A stretch of 32,000 nucleotides of DNA from Xylanibacter ruminicola 23 (GCF_000025925.1 NC_014033.1:2760001-2792000); one strand, 5' to 3'. Numbered from the stretch's first letter, positions 1 to 8,566 are shown. The notes: generated from the letters alone by a model not told the origin. Numbers and translations are program-made.

Positions 1-729
1 TATTTGGGCGACAATGCCCGTGCGCCTTATGGACCACGTTCGTTCGACGTGGTTTATGAGTTTACGCGCCAAGCCGTAGTAAAACTGTTTGAGATGGGTT
101 GCCACCTGGTTATCTTAGGTTGTAACACAGCCTCGGCCAAGGCACTACGCACCATCCAGCAGAACGATCTTCCAAAGATTGATCCCGAACGTCGCGTGTT
201 GGGTATCATCCGTCCTACAGCCGAGGTGATTGGCGATCTTACCACTTCCAAGCATGTAGGCGTACTAGCCACCGAAGGAACCATCAAGAGTGAGAGCTAC
301 GACCTTGAAATTCACAAGCTTTTTCCTGACATCAAGGTATCAGGCGTGGCCTGTCCCTTCTGGGTGCCACTGGTAGAATACAACGAGGCCGACTCGCCAG
401 GTGCCGATTACTTCGTAAAGAAACGCATCGACGAAATCATGCGTAAGGATCCCGACATCGATACCATCATCTTAGGCTGCACCCATTATCCCTTATTGAT
501 GCCTAAGATTCTGAAGTATCTGCCCGCAGGAGTACGCGTCGTCCCCCAAGGCGAATACGTAGCCGAGAGTTTGAAACAATATTTGGAGCGCCATCCAAAT
601 ATCGAAGCCAAATGCTCTAAAGGTGCAGGTGTACACTACCTCACCACCGAGAACCCCAACAAGTTCAAGGAACAAGCACAAATCTTCCTCCACGAACCCG
701 TAGAGGTAGATAACATCACTTTAGGTTAG
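1..729 (+). CDS. murI: glutamate racemase, 5'-truncated at the window edge
   Basis: The reading frame is open from base 1. Both catalytic Cys motifs are present (VILGCNTASA and ILGCTHYP). Stop is TAG at 727-729. Confidence 0.93.
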   Translation, partial: YLGDNARAPYGPRSFDVVYEFTRQAVVKLFEMGCHLVILGCNTASAKALRTIQQNDLPKIDPERRVLGIIRPTAEVIGDLTTSKHVGVLATEGTIKSESYDLEIHKLFPDIKVSGVACPFWVPLVEYNEADSPGADYFVKKRIDEIMRKDPDIDTIILGCTHYPLLMPKILKYLPAGVRVVPQGEYVAESLKQYLERHPNIEAKCSKGAGVHYLTTENPNKFKEQAQIFLHEPVEVDNITLG

Positions 730-1627
730 TTTTCTTATTTCGTGGATGATGCTCTAAGATTTCTTGTCTTAGGGTTGAAGTATCTATGTGGGTATAGATT
801 TCTGTCGTACCGATATCTTCGTGACCTAAAAGGGCTTGGATAAAGCGAAGGTCGGCGCCGCCTTCGAGCAAGGCAGTGGCAAAGGAGTGACGCAAGGTAT
901 GGGGAGATATCGTTTTTTGAATACGGGCTTCTTTGGCCTGGGCTTTGATCATAATGAGAATCATGGTGCGAGTAAGATGGGCACCGCGACGATTCAGGAA
1001 CACATAGTCTTCCTCGCCAGGCTTAATCTTCATCAAGTTACGAACATTAAACCAAAAACGCAGTTCCTGAATGGCCTTGGGCGAGATAGGCACCAAACGT
1101 TCCTTGGAGCCTTTACCCAGCACACGCACATACTCTTCGTCGAGATAAAGATCGGAAAGTTTGAGGTTAACCAACTCGCTGACACGTAAGCCACACGAAA
1201 AGAGCACCTCAATGATTGCACGATTGCGATGCCCTTCCCATTTGGAAAGGTCGATGCTTTCTTCGAGGCGGTCAACCTCCTGTGTGGTGAGCACCTCGGG
1301 CAGATGGTCGCCAATCTGTGGCGACTCCAACAATTCGGTAGGATCGTCATCACGATAGCCATCCAACTGTACAAACTTAAAGAAGCTACGGATACCACTC
1401 AGAATGCGACATTGCGAACGAGGATGAATACCGATATCATGCAAACTGGCCGAGAAATGTTCCAAATCGGCTAACGTCACATCGCTTATAGCAAGCTGCT
1501 CATGTTCGAGATAGTCAAGCAATTTACGCAAGTCGCGCTGATAGGCATCGAGCGTATTACCCGACATATTACGTTGCAGCTTCAGATAGCGTACATAAGC
1601 CTTTACAATGCCCTTTTGGTCAATCAT
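716..1627 (-). CDS. xerD: site-specific tyrosine recombinase XerD
   Basis: N-terminal SAM-like core-binding domain plus a C-terminal catalytic domain with the R..HxxR..Y signature (TLRHSFATALLEGGADLRFIQALLGHEDIGTTEIYTHI). The ORF track starts at GTG 1633. The ATG at 1627 (MIDQKG) is the more likely start. Confidence 0.9.
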   Translation of the reverse strand: MIDQKGIVKAYVRYLKLQRNMSGNTLDAYQRDLRKLLDYLEHEQLAISDVTLADLEHFSASLHDIGIHPRSQCRILSGIRSFFKFVQLDGYRDDDPTELLESPQIGDHLPEVLTTQEVDRLEESIDLSKWEGHRNRAIIEVLFSCGLRVSELVNLKLSDLYLDEEYVRVLGKGSKERLVPISPKAIQELRFWFNVRNLMKIKPGEEDYVFLNRRGAHLTRTMILIMIKAQAKEARIQKTISPHTLRHSFATALLEGGADLRFIQALLGHEDIGTTEIYTHIDTSTLRQEILEHHPRNKKTNLK

Positions 1628-1643
1628 TTGCACAAATTTGGTG

Positions 1644-1651
1644 CAAAGTTA
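1644..1651 (-). promoter_or_regulatory. Bacteroidota -7 box TAACTTTG upstream of xerD
   Basis: CAAAGTTA on the plus strand, 16 nt upstream of ATG 1627, followed by CA as in most boxes in this window. Confidence 0.5.
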
Positions 1652-1680
1652 GTATTTTTTTCTAATATATAGAAAAATAT

Positions 1681-1716
1681 TTGTAACTTTGCAGCCGTAT
1701 TAATACAAAGTTACAA
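1681..1716. repeat. perfect 11-bp inverted repeat TTGTAACTTTG / CAAAGTTACAA with a 14-bp spacer
   Basis: 1681-1691 and 1706-1716 are exact reverse complements. Each arm contains a TAACTTTG box. Confidence 0.8.
1684..1691 (+). promoter_or_regulatory. -7 box TAACTTTG upstream of aroQ
   Basis: TAnnTTTG match, 27 nt before ATG 1719. Confidence 0.6.
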
Positions 1717-1718
1717 AA

Positions 1719-2135
1719 ATGAAGATTCTGATTATCAATGGTCCGAACCTGAACTTGTTGGGCCAGAGAGAGCCAGGCATCTATGGTTCGTCGTCGTTCG
1801 ACGCATACCTGCCTGAGTTGCGTAAGCGCTTTGCCGACATCGACATCGAGTACTATCAGAGCAACGTAGAGGGCGAGCTGATTAACAAGATGCAAGAGGT
1901 TGGCTTTAGCTACGACGGCATTGTTCTGAATGCTGGCGCCTACACCCACACCTCTATAGCTCTGCAGGACTGTATCCGTTCGCTCAAGGCACCTGTGATC
2001 GAGGTTCACATCTCGAATGTGCACCAGCGCGAGGAGTTCCGTCATAAGTCGATGATTTCATGCGCCTGCAAAGGTGTAATTCTCGGCTTCGGTCTCGACT
2101 CGTACCGTTTGGCCATAGAAGCTCTGAAGGGATGA
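1719..2135 (+). CDS. aroQ: type II 3-dehydroquinate dehydratase
   Basis: 138 aa. The N-terminus MKILIINGPNLNLLGQREPGIYG is canonical for AroQ, and a promoter box lies 28 nt upstream. Confidence 0.95.
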   Translation: MKILIINGPNLNLLGQREPGIYGSSSFDAYLPELRKRFADIDIEYYQSNVEGELINKMQEVGFSYDGIVLNAGAYTHTSIALQDCIRSLKAPVIEVHISNVHQREEFRHKSMISCACKGVILGFGLDSYRLAIEALKG

Positions 2136-2764
2136 CGCTCGACGAGTATATCCTGCAGCATACGGAGCCAGAGCCCGACTACCTGTACCGACTATGGCGC
2201 GCCACCCACATACACACCATTCACGGACGTATGGCGAGTGGACACTTGCAAGGCCGACTGCTCAAGATGCTGGTGAAGATGATTCGCCCCCAGAACATCT
2301 TAGAGATAGGCACCTTTAGCGGCTACAGCGCTATATCGATGGCAGAGGGATTGGACGAAGGCGGACGCCTATATACCTTCGAGATTAACGACGAGATGGA
2401 GGACTTTACCCGTCCGTGGATAGAAGGTTCGAGTGTGGGTGATAAGATAGAGTTCATCATTGGCGATGCGTTACAAGAGGCCCCCAAGTTAGGCATAGCC
2501 TTTGATATGGCTTTCATGGATGGTGACAAGCGCACCTATCGCGACTGTTACGAGATGGTGATGAGCATACTGAAGCCCGGCGGTTTTATACTGGCCGACA
2601 ACACACTTTGGGACGGACATGTGATAGACCATGCCTACGATAAGGACCGACAAACCCAAGGCATTGAGACATTTAACGACTATATAGCCCGCGACGCTCG
2701 CGTAGAGCAGGTGATACTGCCACTGAGAGACGGGTTGTCACTGATAAGAAAAAAAGATATTTAG
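2132..2764 (+). CDS. class I SAM-dependent, cation-dependent O-methyltransferase (caffeoyl-CoA / catechol OMT-like)
   Basis: SAM-binding motif ILEIGTFSGYSA and metal/acidic motif FDMAFMDGDK. The start was moved to ATG 2132, which overlaps the aroQ stop as ATGA. The 24-codon extension from 2060 lies inside aroQ. Confidence 0.85.
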   Translation: MTLDEYILQHTEPEPDYLYRLWRATHIHTIHGRMASGHLQGRLLKMLVKMIRPQNILEIGTFSGYSAISMAEGLDEGGRLYTFEINDEMEDFTRPWIEGSSVGDKIEFIIGDALQEAPKLGIAFDMAFMDGDKRTYRDCYEMVMSILKPGGFILADNTLWDGHVIDHAYDKDRQTQGIETFNDYIARDARVEQVILPLRDGLSLIRKKDI

Positions 2765-2771
2765 AATTAAG
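2759..2771 (+). repeat. third copy of the 13-mer ATTTAGAATTAAG, followed by a degenerate half copy ATTTTAGAG
   Basis: Exact match to the metK-upstream repeat. It overlaps the OMT stop TAG (2762-2764) and sits 10 nt before the rbfA ATG. Confidence 0.8.
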
Positions 2772-2780
2772 ATTTTAGAG

Positions 2781-3116
2781 ATGCAAGAGACAAGACAAAA
2801 CAAGATTGCGAGATTGCTGCAGAAGGAGCTCTCGCTGATATTCCAACAGCAGACGCGTGCTACTCACGGCGTGATGATATCGGTTACACGTACCAAGATT
2901 TCACCCGATCTGAGTATCTGCACCGCTTATCTGAGCGTATTCCCCAGCGAGAAGGGCGAAGAGATATTGACCAACATCAATGCCAATACCAAACAGATAC
3001 GCTACGAGTTAGGCACTCGCGTAAGAAACCAGATGCGTATCATTCCAGAGCTGCGATTCTTTATCGACGACTCGCTCGACTATATTGAGCACATCGACGA
3101 ACTTTTGAAAAAGTAA
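2781..3116 (+). CDS. rbfA: ribosome-binding factor A
   Basis: 111 aa, with the typical RbfA N-terminus (R..KIARLLQKELSLIF) and KH-like core. Confidence 0.9.
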   Translation: MQETRQNKIARLLQKELSLIFQQQTRATHGVMISVTRTKISPDLSICTAYLSVFPSEKGEEILTNINANTKQIRYELGTRVRNQMRIIPELRFFIDDSLDYIEHIDELLKK

Positions 3117-3120
3117 AAAG

Positions 3121-4350
3121 GTGAACTTTCCTTTCTTTATTGCCCGCAGGTACCTGTTCTCAAAGAAATCCACTCATGCCATCAACGTCATTAGTGGTAT
3201 TTCTGTGATTGGTGTGGCCGTAGCTACGATGGCGCTGGTGGTCACACTATCAGTGTTTAACGGGTTCCACGATCTGGTAGCAACATTCTTTACAAGTTTC
3301 GACCCGCAGCTGAAAGTGGTGCCTGCCGAAGGAAAGACCGTAGCTGCCGACGACCCGATTCTGACAGAAATCAGACAATTGCCCGAGATTGAGGTAGCTA
3401 CCGAGAGCGTAGAGGACATGGCACTGGCCATCTATCGTGGCAGACAGGCGATGGTGGTAATCAAAGGTGTTGACGACAACTTTGCCCAGCTTACCCACAT
3501 CAACGAGATTCTGGTGGGCGATGGCGATTTCAGCTTGCATGCTGCCGATATGGACTATGGAACCTTAGGTATCCGACTGGCCGAGACGTTAGGCACAGGC
3601 TACACCTACGAAGAGCCTATCCATATTTATGCCCCACGCCGCGAAGGCCAGTTAGACATGACCAACCCCGACGAGGCATTCGAGGAAGATGAGCTCTACT
3701 CACCCGGTGTTCTGTTCAACGTAAAGCAGTCGCGCTATGACAAGAACTACATCCTGACCAGCATCGCATTCGCCCGTCGTATCTTCGGACAGCAGGGCAT
3801 GCTCTCGTCGCTCGAGCTACGCCTGAAGCCAGGCAGCAACTTCGACAAGACGAAAGATCAGATTAAGCAACTGTGTGGCACCAAGTTCGTTGTAAAAGAC
3901 CGTTTTGAGCAGCAGGACGACACTTTCAAGATTATGAAGATTGAAAAATTGATTGCCTATATCTTCCTGACCTTCATTCTGATGGTGGCCTGCTTTAACA
4001 TCATCGGCTCGCTGTCGATGCTGATTATCGATAAGAAAGACGATGTAGTTACCCTGCGTAACCTTGGTGCGAGCGACAAGCAGATTGTTCGCATCTTCCT
4101 GTTCGAGGGTCGTATGATCTCAGCCATCGGTGCCATCTTAGGTATCGTCATTGGTCTGACCCTGTGCTGGCTGCAGCAGCAATACGGCATTGTGGCCTTA
4201 GGCTCATCGAGCGGCACATTTGTAATTAACGCCTACCCCGTAAGCGTGCATCCCGAGGATATTATCCTGGTATTCTGCACGGTATTGATTGTAGGTTTCC
4301 TCTCTGTATGGTATCCCGTTCGCTACTTTGCTAAGCGACTATTAGTGTAG
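3121..4350 (+). CDS. FtsX/LolE-family ABC transporter permease (MacB-like periplasmic domain plus a C-terminal FtsX 4-TM domain)
   Basis: 409 aa. The N-terminus MNFPFFIARRYLFSKKS is typical of LolC/E-like permeases. There is one N-terminal TM, a large loop and three C-terminal TMs. GTG start lies 4 nt after the rbfA stop. Confidence 0.85.
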   Translation: MNFPFFIARRYLFSKKSTHAINVISGISVIGVAVATMALVVTLSVFNGFHDLVATFFTSFDPQLKVVPAEGKTVAADDPILTEIRQLPEIEVATESVEDMALAIYRGRQAMVVIKGVDDNFAQLTHINEILVGDGDFSLHAADMDYGTLGIRLAETLGTGYTYEEPIHIYAPRREGQLDMTNPDEAFEEDELYSPGVLFNVKQSRYDKNYILTSIAFARRIFGQQGMLSSLELRLKPGSNFDKTKDQIKQLCGTKFVVKDRFEQQDDTFKIMKIEKLIAYIFLTFILMVACFNIIGSLSMLIIDKKDDVVTLRNLGASDKQIVRIFLFEGRMISAIGAILGIVIGLTLCWLQQQYGIVALGSSSGTFVINAYPVSVHPEDIILVFCTVLIVGFLSVWYPVRYFAKRLLV

Positions 4351-4360
4351 GTAATTTAGT

Positions 4361-4381
4361 TTTAACGTAGGTTTAACGTAG
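4361..4381 (+). repeat. tandem direct repeat TTTAACGTAG-g-TTTAACGTAG (11 bp period)
   Basis: Exact 10-mer at 4361-4370 and 4372-4381, immediately upstream of the candidate -33 TTTG of the M16 promoter. Confidence 0.8.
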
Positions 4382-4409
4382 AATTTGCAACAAATAAGTA
4401 AAAAAGGTG

Positions 4410-4417
4410 TAACTTTG
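4410..4417 (+). promoter_or_regulatory. -7 box TAACTTTG (with a candidate -33 TTTG at 4384-4387) upstream of the M16 peptidase gene
   Basis: TAnnTTTG match with an upstream TTTG 22 nt away, 39 nt before ATG 4457. Confidence 0.6.
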
Positions 4418-4456
4418 CACCCGATAACAATTATGCAACAACCAAACTTAAATGAC

Positions 4457-7270
4457 ATGAAGAAAATTCTATCGACCATTTTGCTGACACTGATCGGCAC
4501 AGTAGCGATGATGGCACAGATGCAGATGCCATCAATTCCCGTAGATCCCGATGTACGCATCGGTAAACTTGACAATGGATTAACCTATTACATCCGTCAC
4601 AACAACTGGCCTGAGAACCGTGCTGAGTTCTACATTGCTCAGAAGGTAGGTTCTATCCAGGAGAATGACGATCAGCGTGGTCTGGCTCACTTCCTTGAGC
4701 ACATGGCCTTCAACGGATCAAAACACTTTAAAGGCAACGAGCTGATTCGTTGGTGCGAGAGCGTAGGTATCAACTTTGGTGGTGACCTGAACGCCTACAC
4801 ATCAATCGATGAAACCGTATATAACATCAGTAACGTTCCTACCACACGTGAAGGTATCGTAGACTCTTGTCTGCTGATTCTTTACGACTGGGCCGACGGA
4901 CTGCTGCTGGAGCAGGAGGAGATTGAAAAGGAGCGTGGTGTGATTCACGAGGAGTGGCGCCTGCGCACCAGTCCTATGATGCGTATGCTTGAGCGTGACC
5001 TGCCCAAGCTTTATCCAGGTTCAAAGTACGGCCATCGTATGCCTATCGGTCTGATGGAGATTATCGACAACTTTGAGCGTCCATTCCTGCAGTCATACTA
5101 CGAGAAGTGGTACCGTCCCGACAATCAGGGTATCATTGTAGTAGGTGATGTAGATGTAGATCAGATTGAGAAGAAGATCAAGGATCTGTTCTCATCTATC
5201 GTACTGCCAGAGAACCGCACACTCGTTACCAAAGAGTCGGTGCCCGACAATGCCGAGGCTATTTACGTTATCGACAAGGATAAAGAGCAGCGCACCAACG
5301 AGGTGATGATTATGATGAAGCATGAGGTTTTCCCCGACACACTGAAGGGTACTCTTACCTACATGCTGACCGACTATCTGAAAGATGCATGTATTTTGAT
5401 GCTTAACGACCGTTTGAAGGAGTATGCCGAGAAGCCCGAGAGCCCATTCCTGAGCGCAAGAGCTGCTGACGGCAGATACATACTCTCAAGCACAAAGGAT
5501 GCCTTTGAAATAGACTTAAGTCCTAAGGACGGCCAGATTGAAGCAGCTGTTACTGCTGCCCTCACCGAAGCACGCCGTGCTGCAGAGTTCGGCTTTACAG
5601 CTACAGAGTACAACCGTTTCAAGCAGAACTACACCAGTCAGCTTGAGAAACAGTACTCAAACAAAGACAAGCGTTACAATTCGCAGTTTGTAAATCAGTG
5701 TGTTCAGAACTTCCTGAACAATACTCCAATGCCAAGCATTGACTACACCTATACCACCATGAAGCAGATTATTCCAGTGCTGCCTCTGGAGGCCATCAAC
5801 GCCCTGATGAAGGAGTTGATCCTGACCAACGACAGTAACCTGGTGGTATTCAGTATGAACACAGAGAAGGAGGGTTCAGCATATCCTACAGAGGAGAGCA
5901 TGAAGAAGGCTATTGCCGATGCACGTTCGGCCCAGATCGAGGCCTACGTTGACAATGTAAAGGACGAGCCACTGATGACCACCATGCCTAAGAAGGGTAG
6001 CATCAAGAAAGAGACCAAGAACGACCAGTTCGGCTACACCGAGCTGACTCTCTCTAACGGTGCAAAGGTTATTCTGAAGCAGACCGACTTCAAGAAGGAT
6101 CAGGTACTGCTGCGTGGTGAAGGATTTGGAGGTTCAGCCCTCTATGGCGAGAAAGACTTTGCCAACATCAAGATGTTCGACGATGTGATTGAAGCCAGCG
6201 GTCTGGGCAACTTCTCACACACTGAGCTCGAGAAAGCTCTTGCCGGTAAGATTGCCAGTGCATCTATCTCACTCGGAACTAACCGCCAGAATGTAAGCGG
6301 TAGCTCTACACCAAAGGATATTGAGACCATGTTGCAGTTGGTTTACCTTTATTTCACCAACATTGCAAAGGACCAGAAGTCGTACGACAACCTGATGCAG
6401 ACCACAGAGGTTAGTCTGAAGAACCGTCTGCTGCAGCCCGAGGCTGTACTTCAGGATTCACTGACTGCCACCCTGACCTGCAACAACCCACGCAACAAGG
6501 TGCTGACAACAGCCGATTTGACTAAGGTTAACTACGATCGTATCCTCGAGATGGCCAAGGAACAGACAGCCAACGCTGCTGCCTTTACCTTCACCATCAT
6601 TGGTAACTACGACGAGAGCACTATCCGTCCACTTATCGAAACCTATCTGGCATCACTTCCTGCCAAGAAAAAAGTGGTAAAGAGTCCAAAGGTATCAACC
6701 CTCTTCAAGGGTGTTGCCATCAACAACTTCAAGCAGAAGGCTGAAACACCAAAGGCCTTTGCCGTTATGCAGTGGTACTCAGAAGATATTCCTATGACAG
6801 CAGAGAACGATATCAAAATTGACATGGCTGGACAGATTCTCAGCATGGAATATCTGAAAAAGATTCGTGAAGATGCCAGTGCCGCCTATACCGTACAGGC
6901 AATGGCCGGCGTTGAGCGCAACGACTTTGAGACTATCGCTCAGATCCTTGCCGTTTGCCCCATGAAGCCAGAGAAGGCAGATACTGCCATCATGATTCTG
7001 CGCGATGAGGTGACAGCTATGGCCAAGACCTGTGATGCAGAAAAACTGCAGAAGGTAAAGGAGTACATGCTGAAGAGTCATGGCGACCAGGTAAAGCAGA
7101 ACAGCTACTGGCTGAGCATCATTAATGGCTGGCGCAAGTATGGCATCGACTTCCACAGCAATTATGAGAAGCTGGTGAACGCACAGACACCTGAAAGCAT
7201 CAGTGCCCTTGTAAAAGAGGTTCTGAAGTCGGGTAACCGTGCCGAGGTGATCATGCTGCCCGCAGAGTAA
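4457..7270 (+). CDS. secreted M16 (pitrilysin/insulinase) family zinc peptidase, active and inactive halves fused
   Basis: Inverted zinc motif HFLEHMAFNGS (HxxEH). Signal peptide MKKILSTILLTLIGTVAMMAQ begins at ATG 4457. The TTG 4385 start in the ORF track lies upstream of the promoter box. Confidence 0.88.
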   Translation: MKKILSTILLTLIGTVAMMAQMQMPSIPVDPDVRIGKLDNGLTYYIRHNNWPENRAEFYIAQKVGSIQENDDQRGLAHFLEHMAFNGSKHFKGNELIRWCESVGINFGGDLNAYTSIDETVYNISNVPTTREGIVDSCLLILYDWADGLLLEQEEIEKERGVIHEEWRLRTSPMMRMLERDLPKLYPGSKYGHRMPIGLMEIIDNFERPFLQSYYEKWYRPDNQGIIVVGDVDVDQIEKKIKDLFSSIVLPENRTLVTKESVPDNAEAIYVIDKDKEQRTNEVMIMMKHEVFPDTLKGTLTYMLTDYLKDACILMLNDRLKEYAEKPESPFLSARAADGRYILSSTKDAFEIDLSPKDGQIEAAVTAALTEARRAAEFGFTATEYNRFKQNYTSQLEKQYSNKDKRYNSQFVNQCVQNFLNNTPMPSIDYTYTTMKQIIPVLPLEAINALMKELILTNDSNLVVFSMNTEKEGSAYPTEESMKKAIADARSAQIEAYVDNVKDEPLMTTMPKKGSIKKETKNDQFGYTELTLSNGAKVILKQTDFKKDQVLLRGEGFGGSALYGEKDFANIKMFDDVIEASGLGNFSHTELEKALAGKIASASISLGTNRQNVSGSSTPKDIETMLQLVYLYFTNIAKDQKSYDNLMQTTEVSLKNRLLQPEAVLQDSLTATLTCNNPRNKVLTTADLTKVNYDRILEMAKEQTANAAAFTFTIIGNYDESTIRPLIETYLASLPAKKKVVKSPKVSTLFKGVAINNFKQKAETPKAFAVMQWYSEDIPMTAENDIKIDMAGQILSMEYLKKIREDASAAYTVQAMAGVERNDFETIAQILAVCPMKPEKADTAIMILRDEVTAMAKTCDAEKLQKVKEYMLKSHGDQVKQNSYWLSIINGWRKYGIDFHSNYEKLVNAQTPESISALVKEVLKSGNRAEVIMLPAE

Positions 7271-7271
7271 A

Positions 7272-7299
7272 ATTTAGAATTAAGTATTTAGAATTAAGA
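7272..7299 (+). repeat. tandem 14-nt repeat ATTTAGAATTAAG(t/a), two copies
   Basis: Exact 13-mer at 7272-7284 and 7286-7298, between the M16 stop (7270) and the metK ATG (7304). Confidence 0.8.
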
Positions 7300-7303
7300 G
7301 AGA

Positions 7304-8560
7304 ATGAGTTATCTATTTTCGTCAGAATCAGTATCTGAAGGCCATCCCGATAAGGTGGCCGATCAGATTTCTGATGCAATACTTGACCAATTCCTGGCTT
7401 ACGACCCGAAGGCACGCTGTGCCATCGAGTCGTTTGTCACTACAGGTCAGGTTGTAATCATGGGTGAGGTTCGCAGTGATGTGTACATCGACCTGCAGAC
7501 TATGGCCCGCAAAACAATTAAGCGCATTGGCTATACCAAAGCAGAGTATCAATTCGACGGCGATTCATGCGGAATCCTGAGTGCCATCCACGAGCAGAGT
7601 GCCGACATCAACCGCGGTGTTGACAACGGCAACGAAGACGAACAGGGCGCTGGCGACCAGGGCATGATGTTCGGTTACGCCACCAATGAGACTGAGAGCT
7701 ACATGCCCGTAAGCCTCGATCTGGCACACCTCATTATGCGTACCCTGGCAGATATCCGTAAGGAGGGTAAGGAGATGACTTACCTACGCCCCGACTCTAA
7801 GAGTCAGGTAACTGTACAATATTCAGACGAGGGTATCCCTGAGCGTATCGACACCATCGTGGTATCAACCCAGCACGACGAGTTCGACGAGGACGAGAAG
7901 ATGCTGGCCAAGATCAAGGACGACGTCATCAACATCCTGATTCCACGTGTAAAGAAGCAGATTCACTCACAGAAGGTACTCGACCTGTTCGGACTCGACA
8001 TCAAGTACTACGTTAACCCAACAGGTAAGTTCGTGATTGGTGGTCCTCACGGTGATACAGGTCTGACTGGTCGTAAGATCATTGTCGACACCTATGGTGG
8101 TAAGGGTGCACACGGAGGTGGTGCCTTCTCGGGTAAAGACTCATCGAAGGTTGACCGCAGTGCCGCATACGCAGCCCGCCACATTGCCAAGAACATGGTT
8201 GCAGCAGGTGTTGCTGATGAGATGCTGGTACAGATAAGCTACGCCATCGGTGTGGCTAAACCTATGAACATCTATGTAAACACCTACGGTCGCAGCAACG
8301 TGCAGATGAGCGATGGCGAGATTGCCAAGAAGATTGAGAAGCTCTTCGACCTGCGTCCAAAGGCCATCGAGCGTACCCTGAAGCTCCGTCAGCCTATGTA
8401 CAGCGAGACAGCAGCCTACGGACATATGGGACGTAAGTGCGAGGTAGTACAGAAGACTTTCACCAGTCATTATCACGAAACAAAAACGATGAATGTAGAA
8501 CTGTTTACATGGGAGAAGCTGGACCGTGTAGACGATATCCGCAAAGAGTTCGGACTGTAA
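7304..8560 (+). CDS. metK: S-adenosylmethionine synthetase
   Basis: [22 protein letters not shown] and [21 protein letters not shown] motifs, 418 aa. Confidence 0.97.
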   Translation: MSYLFSSESVSEGHPDKVADQISDAILDQFLAYDPKARCAIESFVTTGQVVIMGEVRSDVYIDLQTMARKTIKRIGYTKAEYQFDGDSCGILSAIHEQSADINRGVDNGNEDEQGAGDQGMMFGYATNETESYMPVSLDLAHLIMRTLADIRKEGKEMTYLRPDSKSQVTVQYSDEGIPERIDTIVVSTQHDEFDEDEKMLAKIKDDVINILIPRVKKQIHSQKVLDLFGLDIKYYVNPTGKFVIGGPHGDTGLTGRKIIVDTYGGKGAHGGGAFSGKDSSKVDRSAAYAARHIAKNMVAAGVADEMLVQISYAIGVAKPMNIYVNTYGRSNVQMSDGEIAKKIEKLFDLRPKAIERTLKLRQPMYSETAAYGHMGRKCEVVQKTFTSHYHETKTMNVELFTWEKLDRVDDIRKEFGL

Positions 8561-8566
8561 TCAGAT

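Noticed and set aside
716-1627. The tyrosine recombinase as a marker of an integrated mobile element or inverton
   Set aside because: The sequence has the XerD-type layout and sits among core genes (murI, aroQ). I found no flanking direct repeats, cargo genes or long inverted repeats bracketing a promoter.
2060-2131. Upstream extensions given in the ORF track: OMT from 2060, M16 peptidase from TTG 4385, GH28-GH43 up to 22123, and patB up to 25413
   Set aside because: Each extension overlaps the preceding gene or runs past the promoter box. It also precedes a much more plausible start, either a signal peptide or a canonical family N-terminus with an ATGA overlap.
7271-7303. A SAM riboswitch upstream of metK, or a T-box upstream of tyrS (10967-11002)
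   Set aside because: The intergenic gaps are only 33 and 36 nt, far too short for either element.
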